DNA of 64,000 nucleotides from Vezdaea acicularis (Eukaryota): NCBI GenBank assembly GCA_026025075.1, contig JAPEUI010000093.1, positions 1 to 64,000 of the forward strand, read 5' to 3'. Shown piece by piece: positions 12,622 to 23,801 of this stretch (position 1 is its first letter; each line of letters starts with the position of its first letter). The notes under the pieces were generated by a model. It saw only the letters and a program-made list of their open reading frames with translations, ran no database searches and was not told where the DNA came from. The position numbers and the translations under genes were made by a program.

Positions 12622-13821
12622 TCATGGATACCTCTGCGCCGTGTTCGCCGCATCATAATACTGGCGAGTCCGCTCGTCCCAGACCCAAGTAGGATCTGAC
12701 CTTGCCCTTGATAACATCTCAACGGGTCGGCCGTATTGATCGGTTTCAGTATTGTATGTCCTCGGTGTGGCGTCTCGTTCGCCCGTCGGATAACCGGGCC
12801 CTGTTCCTGAGGTAGCGTATGCAGGATATCGCTGTGCTACATCTCGTGCTGGATAAGAAGGATAGCCACCACGTGAGTCAGGTGTGGGTGTGGCATCCGC
12901 TCGTCCAGCTGGATCGGTTGGGCTCTGGGCATAGGCAGCTTGGCCACGTGGTTCACGATATGGGTCGCCTGACTGTGCGCCATAAGGAGCTTGTCTATAC
13001 GAAGACTCGGTATTGTAAGAGACCGGATCTCTATATCCTGACGACTCCGTGTAAGGGCGTCCGTAGGGATCAACAGAATAACCTCCGTATTCGGAGGCCC
13101 TCCGAGTGAGATCTTGTCTGCCCCGCCCAGAGGCGGATGAAAGTGTGGTACCTCCGCCATCTCTCCCAATACCCTCTCCATATGCTGGCATGGCTGGTGG
13201 GACAGCTGCTGAGGGGGTTCCCCAAACGTCCCTCGATCCGCGCCCTAGCCTCGCTGGCGACAAGACAATATCACCGCTCGCCAGAATAGAAGCAAGAGAG
13301 GTGCCAGCGCCATCTCTTCCACCGCCTCGCCGCTCCTGGGTAGTCTCACGGTCGACAATGCCACCATCGCGCAACACGTCCTCAGTAGTCTTCACTGCTT
13401 GTGAACTTTGCAACAGAACTTCCTTGACGAGAATGGCTTGTGAAGTATAGAGAGTACTTCTGACCCATTCTGCGCGTTGCTTGGCATCGACGAGACGTGA
13501 ATCCGACTCTCCCCCTTGGCCACGGTCAGTTTATATTTGAGAGAATTAGGCACTAAGGAAATGCTGGCAACCCGAGATGACCTTACCACGCGATCTTGCA
13601 GCCCTTGGATCATCTCTGGAGCGTCGATCCTCCCGCTCGGCGAGCCGCTTCTCACGCTCGAGCTCGTCTCTTTGCTCTTCCAGCTTCCTTTTCAAAGCTT
13701 CATGAGCGCGACGGTCGTGAGAGTCACGGAATTCTTCCCATGAATTCACTGCATCGATGCAGTCTTCAATGATTTTGACAATGGCACCGATCGCCGTGGC
13801 GACGCCTAGGAGCCAAGACAT
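12622..13821 (-). CDS. Hypothetical protein with HeLo/HET-S-like N-terminal amphipathic helix, coiled-coil segment and Tyr/Gly/Pro/Arg-rich disordered tail
   Basis: ATG 13821 MSWLLGVATAIGAIVKIIEDCIDAVNSWEEF; intron 13515-13586 (GTAAGG...CTGAC...AAG) joins in frame through GGESDSRLVDAKQRAEWVRSTLYTSQAILVKEVLL to ORF 12622-13413. Gene model well supported; the HeLo assignment is inference. Confidence 0.75.
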
Positions 13822-15437
13822 GGCGGAGAAAGCGAGAAGGCTGACCGGCTAGATGTCTAGCAATAGACTTTGATGAAATAAATCCCACTTCCGGTGATGA
13901 GATGAACGCTTTAGGGAACGAACAGAAGATGACAGAGCAAGGGAAAAACTCCGTCTGATAAAGAGTCCGATACGAAGGAATGAGTTGTTCTAACATCTGC
14001 TAGAGGATGAGGAGGTCTCGTTCACCCGGTCGGGCTGCATCCTCAGCCTTGCCCTAACCTTCTCAAAGCATGCACGGCGATCAACAGGCCAATGGCGCTC
14101 CCAATCACATCAACTTTAGTCACAGCTCTGACCGGACTATGTGCTGTTCATGTGTGTTTCCTGCATTATACGAGGTCAGCGTTGGTCTCTAAAGGCTAAT
14201 TGCCGGACGAGAAGTAGTGATGCCAAGTTGACGTCCAGAAGTCATCTAATATTCCGGTTATCGCCGATACCGTAACCGCGCTGGAACCACTGGAAGTCTT
14301 GTACTTCAATCGAAGCACGCCCGACTACAACGATTAAGTTCTATCATATAATCCAAAGCATGTGGTTGAGAAGGTACTAGCATAGGACTGGTACCATCGT
14401 ACGTGAAACTTGATCAGAAAGGATGCTCGAACGTTCTTTGGTTGTGGGTGAGCGCACATTGCGCTTAGTACGCCCCGTGAAATTTTCAATTGAGTTTCGA
14501 GTCTTTACGCGCTGGCCGTACGTAGTATTGGTCTCGGAGGGCTGTGGATCCATATGCATGACCAGCGCATACGTTGTCGCTGAACCGCGCCAAACTTCTA
14601 CGCCCTAATGAGAACATCAGTGGTAACACCACTTCCGCGCCAGTGACCATACAAATAGCCGCACGTCAAAAGCGTCTACGCCCCGCCTAAGGCGGTTCTT
14701 AGAACTAAGCGCGAAAGCGTCAAGTCGGGCGCTGTGGGAAAAAGTAAAGTTCTAACTACTACGCAGCAAGCTGGTAATGTTACAACTCAAAGGCCTCCGG
14801 CCACTAGGACGTAGACTCGTGGCAAGGCAACAATGGCATGGTGGCCTTATATTGAACAGCTATGACAATATTGAGAATCAAACATCCACGAACTAGCTTT
14901 CCATTTCATTGGACACAGCTAAAGACTTGCAGGCCAAATTTGCGGGATTTTGGTATGGTCTTGAATAGAGCCCTATCCTAAATGCATGCATTCTTGCCCC
15001 TTTCTCTGCTCCATGCCGATCTTCTGTGCGGTCTTTTGCAGCCACTGCGGTACCACGTTCATTCGCGCCCTACCGAGATTCGATCCCGACATGTTCTCAG
15101 CCCTGAGCTACCTGCTGTGCCTAGTGGCGTCCGGCATATAGCCAATCACATGATTGCTCGTGAGTGGGTCTTGAAAAGCTCAAATATCATAGACAGCCTT
15201 CTCGTCACCGTCACTAGGATGCTACTCCTAGGTCGTCGGTTGTGTGTCGTGAAGAGCTTATAGGTTGCAAGAAGCAAGGAAATCTAAAGTACAGCAGAAG
15301 TTGCCACCGCGATCGCTCTACCCTAAGCTGGAAATCTGAAATCCAGAATAGGTATGACGATTGATACTTTTCCCGTGGTTCCTAAAAAAGGAGTCTAAAA
15401 AGAAAAAGTGATTAACAAGACGGAAAGAAAGAAACGG

Positions 15438-17383
15438 TTACCATTCGTACTCCCCCGTTGCTTTATGGAATACATATCTGCGAATCTCGCGTCAGTATTG
15501 GTTCAGACTCGCTTACTCCTTTCGAGACTGGAGGGAGAGAGCAAGAATCCCAGAATTGATGACTCACTCCTTGCCGTTGACGACCAGCACTCCGTCTTTA
15601 AGAGTGCATTTCCACTTATTCTTGACTCGCTGCACCTTTTCATACATGCACAGCATTATGTTGCTCATTGAATCATCATCGTCATCATCACCATTAAGAT
15701 CGTCCGCCGAATCGTCAAGGTCAGAAGTGATGGCATCTTCGTCGTGCTCTTTGATAGTTTTAATGTCGATCTTGTTGTCAGAGTCTGATTCATCACCACC
15801 GTCAAAGCGAGCGAGATCTTTAGTAGAAGCGAAAGGGGTGTGGTGTGGGAAAACAGCTGTGATTTGAGGGGGCTCCGAGGCATTGCGCTCGGCAACCCGC
15901 ACTGGAATGGCTTTTCGACGTCTTCTATTCTTTACTTTCGGGTCTCTTTCCGAGAGTGGAAGCATGAGGCCACCTGCTTCCATGGCCCGGCCTCGCTTCT
16001 CAACATACTGGCGGATCAGATCATCGACCTCTACAGTCGTCATCTCATCTTCACCGGTTTTGGCATTCCTCATAACCATAACCGCATTCCATTGCTCTGC
16101 TGAGTCAGGGCCATCTCCAGCACCATCAGTTTGGCCGTTAGCAGCTCCACGCTGCGCCTGCTCTTGCTGCTGTTGGTGCAGTTGTTGCTGGTATTGGGCT
16201 TGAGTTTGGTTTTGGGGTGGTCCTGGAAGCTGCAGGCCAGGCCTCTGTCCTGGCATTATCAAGCCAGACTGAAGGGCTCTTACTTGGGTATTCGCTTGAC
16301 TACCGAACCTCTCCTGCATCAACCTAGCTGCTCTATCTGCGACCATTTGTGGGTTACTGGGTGTAGGGGTGGGTCTGTGGCCGTTCGGGACAGGCTGATA
16401 GTTTTGGTTCGCTCCATTTGTTCCTGGCTCCGTCTTAATCCTTGTCGCCTGTTGATCATAAGCAATTTGAGGTGCAGCCTGGGCATTGGACGGCATTGAC
16501 TGCCCCGAGGGCATCGGGTTGGATTGATTAGATCTCCCGGCATTTGAAGGGACTGTCGGAGTATTGGTGATTGGAGCTTGTAGGACTGGGTTGAGCTCTT
16601 CAGCTGGGTCCCATGGGAATCGGGCAACCTTAAGAGAGGAAAGCTTCTTTTGCCAAACCTAAAATAGTCAGAAATTAGCTTTTAGCCTTTACAAATCAGC
16701 CGTTCTGATATGAAATGATGATATTCATTTAGAAGGAATCTCGCACGTGATGGCGGAAGGCTGCCGCCGACCCGAGCCCGAAATGGAAAGGCTCGGCTGA
16801 GGAGTTATCGTGGCGCCGACACCAGGCAGCCGAGCCAGGCTGCCCCAGCATGATCTCAGTGGCCGGAAAGACGCGGAGCCGGTATAAAAGAATACCCAAA
16901 AACCGCTTGTCGCCCACCCATCCAAAAAAGCCGCTCGATCTCCAGCGAGGGCGGGTCCCCGCTTTCGTGGGCCATGGAGGCATATACGCACCAATGCGAA
17001 AAATCGCAGTAATCGATAAGATGCACGACATGAACATCGGAATACAACAAACAAGAAGTGAAAAGGGAATGACTTCTGGAAGCCGGAGAATATGAAAAGT
17101 GCAGGATGGATAAACATGTTTCGCCTGTATAGGGAACGGGTAGGCATCTTGAAGGCAACTCACCTCTTTGAGCTCGTCCAGCACGGCTCCATCGACCCCA
17201 CTCTCTTCAAAGTCTACGCCGGAACTCTCGATCACTTCATTGATGATCTGGCTATATATGTTGCCCTATGGAGTTCTTGTCAATCAGGTGTCTAGACGAG
17301 CCGGTTTGTGGAAATCGTAGGGACTTGCGCCTTCGCGATGTTATAACGAAGAACGAAGTACTAACCACTAACTGATTTGACAT
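15438..17383 (-). CDS. TOA1: Transcription initiation factor TFIIA large (alpha/beta) subunit
   Basis: Spliced N-terminus MSNQLVGNIYSQIINEVIESSGVDFEESGVDGAVLDELKEVWQKKLSSLKVARFPWD; C-terminus SDLDD...NIMLCMYEKVQRVKNKWKCTLKDGVLVVNGKEYVFHKATGEYEW; introns 17266-17365, 16659-17163, ~15478-15567. Confidence 0.96.
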
Positions 17384-18076
17384 CTTGAGAAGACACTTCT
17401 TTGAAGTTGTCCTTGAGATTGTCTTCCTTGGTGGATTATAGGTATTGAACCTTGTAAACGTATGGAGACTGCGTCTCGAGACTTGATGGCGACTTGAATT
17501 CAGGCGGCGAGATCGCAGGCTGGGTCGCGAGCGCCTGAGCGCTGCTGTCGATAGCCCCGCCGGCAGGTTGAACGAAACTCAATATTTCATGAAAGAATAC
17601 TTTAATGCTGTGATACTTCCTTTCAAACCTCCGTCTGACTGTGTGAGCAAGCTATGTTCGTTTCGCTGACGATGGGTCGTTCTTTGAGATCGTGAGGTGA
17701 CAAAGGCAGGATGCGAAAAGTGCTGGGGAAAGTGGTGAATGGCATTGTGTCGCTTAGTCACGCTCTCTTGCATTGCGAATATTTGCTTGCGACCAAAATT
17801 CATGGTCTTAACTTCAACTTTCATCATTAAACCTACTATTTGAAATAATCAGACTTTGATTCGCGTCTATCGAAATATGCTAAGTCTCCACAAACCATTT
17901 GACCCCGGCCCATCACTTGCTTATCTCCATAATAAAGTTACAATCTACGCCAGCGAGAGAGTAGCTAAACTTCTTCGATGGATATCTGAACAGAACGCCA
18001 TCACCGCTTGAGGTGTTGAAGGTAAAGCAAGATGCAGAGCGAACAACAAGATTAAGAGAAAGGCAGGAGAGAAGTT

Positions 18077-19785
18077 TCATTTAGTGCGTTCTACAGTGAA
18101 GCTAATGCAGCCATTGGGGCCACTATAGATGAGGCTTGACCCATATTTGGCTGTTGTAGTTGTTGTATCGCCTTTTAAGATGAGATCAGTCCAGTTTACC
18201 TTGATACAAGATAGCCAAGCAGGAGTGCGGGATTTCTGTACTTACAATCGTCTATGGCAGCAAGAAACCCTCTAGTACATTCAGCTTGGTTGAGTTTGTA
18301 TGACTTTTGTGGGTTACAACCAGCTTGACCAGCCGCGGACCAAGTCAAACCGTACGTTAGGGTTTGAAGGGGCTGCTTTGCTAGATTAGAATAAGCCGCA
18401 TACTGCTCCTGCTTTGGCTGATTCTGAAGAAATTTCGAGCTCTTTGAGTTATCAACGTTGAGAGTAAGGTCTTCACTACAGAAAACTTCGACTCCCGCTT
18501 GAGCAAACTTTCGATCGAAGGGGAGAGCTTTCGAATGATCCGCACATTGCGCAGCGTATTGTGTCCGGGGAGGAGTGCTTGCATTAGATATCGTCAAGTT
18601 GTATGATCCACATCCATCTTTAACGCTGGCTCCGCCATTAAAGGTGTGGCTGTTGAACTGACCTAAAACAGCGTTATCATTTAGCTTGAGTTCGTAAAGC
18701 TGTTGCCAAACATAGACAGACTCACAAGTGTTGATCATATTCTTGTAATTGTCCACGCAATCAAGTGAGCATGACCCAGTGTCATGTTTGTAATCAAAAA
18801 GAATCGAGATTCCCGGAAAATTTGTTTGTTTCGGATCCAGATCAGAGCCAGATAACTCCTTAGAAGCATCTTGCTTAAAGTCTGTCTTACTAGGATCGCA
18901 AAAGACAGCAGCTAGCTGGTTAGCAAAACCAGGGTCCGTGCCCGTGTTACTGCCACTGCAAGATGGGGTTGGCGCTAAGTCGTCTTCCGTCGGAGTAGGC
19001 CCACTAGGCGTCGTGAAATCCCTCTTTATATCTTCCCAATTGGTATAAGGTGGGTCAACAGCTGCCGTGACGATAGGCTCCTCACTGCTTGACGAGCTCG
19101 GCGTTGGAATTGGCAGGCGAGCTGACGGAGGAAATGTAAGATAAGGCGCTATCTTGAAGGCGATCTTAAGGGTTCCCCCTAACGCTGCAACAGCAGCAAT
19201 TGTTTGGACAATTCTTGTTATATCTCCCTGAGGCAGAACAACTTTTGCACCGGTAAGTGCTAGACTTACAGCGTTTGTCAGATCCTCTGTGGATTTACCA
19301 GCGGCGCTATCGGCTATAGTCTGTAGTAGAGGTACTAGTGCAGGAGCAATGACAACACCGCCTATAACTGCAGACCCGACAGCGCCGTCACTGCTTTGTG
19401 TAGTCGTAATAAACGAAATATATTGTGTCGACGTCGTTGCTACGGTGGATCCCGCCGAGTCGGTACTGCTAATAGTGGTGACACCCAGAAAGTTCGTCTC
19501 CGAAGCTGTCCAGGTTTCGCTTGCTATAGTCGTCACTGAGCCAGACTCAGTCAAGGTGATAGTAGTGGGGGAAAGATCGCCTCCAGCCAGAGCTGGATCA
19601 GGTGGAACAGGATTGACGCCGACGTGGCAGGAGGTCGAGCCACCAGCAAGGTTGGTGCATCCAGGGCGGATTGCCTCAATACCTACGTCAGAATTAATTG
19701 CTAAAGGTTGAGCCTTCTGAATGAAAAGTAAGAGTGAGCCCAAAAAAGCACCAATAGTGAGAGACGAAATACGAGTAGCGAACAT
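18077..19785 (-). CDS. Secreted hypothetical protein with Thr/Ser-rich region, helical segment and two C-terminal Cys-containing modules
   Basis: ATG 19785 with signal-like MFATRISSLTIGAFLGSLLLFIQKAQPLA; introns ~18663-18725 and ~18172-18245; spliced TCQFNSHTF and AIDDCDTTTTTAKYGSSLIYSGPNGCISF, stop 18077. Confidence 0.8.
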
Positions 19786-19932
19786 GGTGGGAGTATGGAA
19801 AAGCACTTTGCACCAGAAAAGACGGACATTCAACGTCAAGGAAGGATATCTAGCAGAGCCTATGTAGCTGTGGAGCTTTCCCACGAAGGCCCCTTGTGCA
19901 AAGCACATGTTGCAAACAAATATGCAAAGAGA

Positions 19933-20522
19933 TTAGGAGGACTTTGGGCTCGGCGCCTCTGTGCTTTTGTCTTGTCCCTTCCGGTTGGCATTGTGCGATG
20001 TGTGCTCTGGCAGCTGAGCGATGGGCCCCTGAGCTTCCCACAAATTCGATGTTGATTTCCCTGTGGCACTGTTGAGATAGTAAGTTTCACCTGATGAAAC
20101 ATTAGTTAAACCTGTCAGCCATGAAGAGTAGTTCATAGCTTACCAGCATTGCTTGATTGTTCACTCCAACCAGGCGCCAATCGAACTCCAGACGAAGTCA
20201 ATGTGGAGTTTTTAGTAGCATTGGGATCAACACTAGCTTCCGCTGATAGGGTACTTCTAGTAGTAGGGGTAGTCTTTGCACTAGTAGCAATGATGTTGGA
20301 TGAAACAGGGGGTACATCGGTAGCAGGAGATGCAACAACGTTATAGAAGCCTTGAGCTGCGCGTGTAAGTAGCTCATCCTCCCGCTCCAACTCTTCGTCG
20401 CTGGGTTCTACCCAACGAGTATTCGGAGGCGACAAGCGCTCAGCCCTCTCATAGTATGATGGAGGAGGATTGAAATGTCTGGGGGGGCGTTCTGCGCCCT
20501 CAGGCCATGATGCTTGCACCAT
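19933..20522 (-). CDS. Small protein with a WW-like domain
   Basis: Intron 20091-20143 (GTAAGC...CAG) joins ORFs 20133-20714 and 19933-20136 giving LAPGWSEQSSNAGETYYLNSATGKSTSNLWE; first in-frame ATG 20522; start uncertain. Confidence 0.65.
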
Positions 20523-21260
20523 ATTCACGCGCACTTGAACAAGAAGATCAAGAGCGTTACGCCCTGACAACAACCTCTTGGTTGCACGTTCGGTAGGCAA
20601 CGGCGCCAAAGCTAATTGAACGCTGTGTCGTAGAAAGCTATGGTTGTTGGTGTTAGCCTCCACCTCAGTGTTTAGTGAAAGTGATGACAGTATGCGAATC
20701 ACGCTAACGTACACAAGATCAAGAAGCGTCCTTTGGTTACAATGGAAAATATCTCACTTTGATGTGTGTTATCGACATGTTAATTTCATAGAAACCTTGA
20801 GAGGCGGAGACTCTTCGTAACCCCACATTATCTCCTAGCGAGGAACGAAGCCCAACCCCCGGCGCGTGGCACTTTCATACAAGATCACTACGATCTCACG
20901 GCGCCTAAACCAACGACTTTTCTGTCGGTATCTGCGCCTGTTGGGTTTCATGTATGCACGAAACGCCCCAAGTAACAGTCTAAAATGGAGGAATTAGCCT
21001 AGGATACTGTCTGCGTCGGTCATCTGCCCATAATTCAACCCTTGGTTGTCAACTTCCTTTGCATCTCTTCGTAACATGCACAGGACATCATTGTGGTGAT
21101 ATTGGGTTTTACCAACCTACCAGTGTGAATCAGCTACCATGGCGGATAGTTCTTATATCTGCTCCAACCTTTGTATACTTCAGATCCAGATTCGATAACT
21201 TCCTCAAATATTGAACTAGTCATTCATTAGCAACCCTCTTTCGAGGTGCATTCATAAGAA

Positions 21261-22570
21261 ATGCACGTCTTCCCTGAAATAGTCTCTATCCACACTTTCA
21301 TTCTCTTCATTCTCCTACCCACCATCTGTTCTGCATGGACTGTGTCTGATGACTGCAGCGGCACCGATAGGACAAATGTGCTAGAAGCTATGCCGAACGC
21401 GATCAACATAGCAGCATATGCTGCAAAACGTGCTCTTGCTAATGTTGACAAGGGAAATCTCCTGCAGGATATGTTAGGGGCAACGGGTGAGCTCGATGGG
21501 CAAACACTGGCTATCGTCAACAGTACGTAAACTCGCTTCATACTCACATTCTCACATTCTAGTCAATGTCCTTATGCAGTGTTCCGAACTCTCTGTCCTA
21601 CTCTGCGCTACAAGACTTTCACAGGCGTGTGCGAATGTTCGAACATTTGGTTCCATTATCTAACTCTTTCCTTCTACCTAGCCTGGTTTCAACGAGCTAC
21701 TGACACTGCCAATGGACGCTCAAACTCGAAGGAAGGCCTTATCATACACTGTTCCGACGCATATCTTAATCTGCAAAAACTTGATGAAGGAATATATGTG
21801 GACCCCACCAACGGCGCTAGAGTCGCAGTCCCAATAAAGCGAGAAGGAAATAAAGCAACCAACGCTTGCGGAAACGAGCTTCAGGCTTTTGCATATACTT
21901 GGCTCAATGGAGCGGCTATCGTTCTTTGCTCGGACGGACCGGTAGGCGCTTTAAGAAACCTTGCAGGGAACTCGATTGAGTCCTGGCGAACTAGCGGAGA
22001 TCTGAAGGCAACATCCGCCGCAACGGACAAAGGTATCGATTATTTTAACTCCTTTTTGAGCTACAAGATCCTGCATGAACTCATGCACGCTACAAGCCTG
22101 ACACAATGTATGCTTCCCTTCATGGGGATTACTTCGGAAATTCGAAGACTGATTAGAGCATAGTCAATGGCGTCCTTCCAGATAAAGATCCCAATGGAAA
22201 TGTAGTGGGCGAACTGTAAGCTACCTTCACAGCTGGTGATCACTTTCGATGCAATACAGACACGGCTCACATTTTAATATAGTTACGGCTACCATCAAAT
22301 CACCAACAACCCTGTCGGTACTGGAGCCAATCGAGCTCCTCCACCATCGGCAAACAACCTACAGCATAATGCAGATAGCTTTGCGCTGCTCGGAGTTGGT
22401 AAGTCTAGAGAAGGTCTCCACTACAGGCTCACGCTGATAAACGGTGTTCAGGGTGGTATCTCCCACAATACGCCTACGTCCGTGGCCAATTAAACAGGCT
22501 CAGGGCTGCAAACCGGCCCCCAGACAGCTATCCGAACCAGTCTCCCGCGTCAGACCCCAGCCCGCTTTAG
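21261..22570 (+). CDS. Secreted zinc metalloprotease, M35/aspzincin-like
   Basis: Hydrophobic N-terminal signal; ILHELMH zinc motif; spliced downstream GELYGY and HNADSFA motifs; four introns (~21523-21681, 22108-22163, 22216-22281, 22399-22451); stop TAG 22568-22570. Confidence 0.85.
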
Positions 22571-23801
22571 CTGAAAGAACCCCCGTAGCAAATTCCTTTC
22601 ATTCGGAGGTATGCAAGTCAACTTCAAAGCATCCTCAAAAGTCATTGCGCATGATCCATCTCTTTACCTATACCATCAATACAGCTTTCCAGTGTAAGAT
22701 TACAGTTCTGTACGACAGGGCTATCCATAGATTTTAACCCAACTTTTGCATTATCGGCGCATATCTTCGTTTTTGTGGGGAGTGCTACTAGGGTGCACCA
22801 GGTTTGAGCTCATCGGCGGCACTTTTGTAAGTGCAGTTTAAATGTATGTTTAAGCATGCTAGCAAGAATATCGCATTTGAAAATCCAAACCGAGCATAGG
22901 ACACGAGATCAGAAGTCAATCACATTCTTGTTCTTCATGCGATATATCATGGCTGAGAAATAGAACCATGTTTCAATAGACGGATTGAGTACTGTGGGTA
23001 AAGGGGGGACCGCCCCATTTCTATTACCATTTCACCACACGCCCTATCTCTAGTTAATCATCCATTACAATCCCCCACTCATCACATTATCCGGCTAAGT
23101 AATACCAATGGTTTTCCTCGTCCCACAATGCAATCACCCACCGCTCAACGTCTATCCCTGAACCGAAACCGCTCCGATGCTTCTCTGCACAGCTTGCCTA
23201 AGCTTCTGTGGGAGGATCTGTCTTCAACTTGATATCAGTATCACCACGAAAACCCACCATGATACATTTTTTGGGTCAGTTTAGGGGATATTCCGCGATC
23301 TGGATCCTTTGCAAACCAGGTCCTTTGCACAAGTTCTGCAGCACCGATCAATTATGTTAATTAGTGAAAATCACATATCACATGAGAGAGGGCGGTCAGT
23401 CATGTTATGCAAGATGATTAAGTACTAACAATCGCCTCAAGCCTCAGGAAGCCGCATGATAAAGCGAGCCCCCACTAAGAGGCCAGAAAGGCGGTAAAGT
23501 CCACGCGAGGAAGAGGCTTACTATAATCTACCTTGCCCACGATACAAAGCTATAAGAACAGGGCCGAATACGCCAACGCCCTGCTACTGCAGCAGTCTGT
23601 AAAAAAGGACGCGAATCGCGTAAGGTAGCACTAGCCTATTAAATACGATAGCAAAAACGAGTAAGATAAAAACAGCTATTTGACTGCCAAAGGGGTATCA
23701 AGATAATCTCGACTTCCTCCAACTTTCAAGGATGTTATGCCATAAAAAGGGGATGATGAAGGCGGAACTGAATTTTCCCCACATTATATTCACTGCTGAC
23801 C

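Noticed and set aside
14052..14059. CCCTAACC as a possible telomerase RNA template
   Set aside because: An 8-nt match is expected by chance; no convincing pseudoknot or CR4/5 element on the same strand
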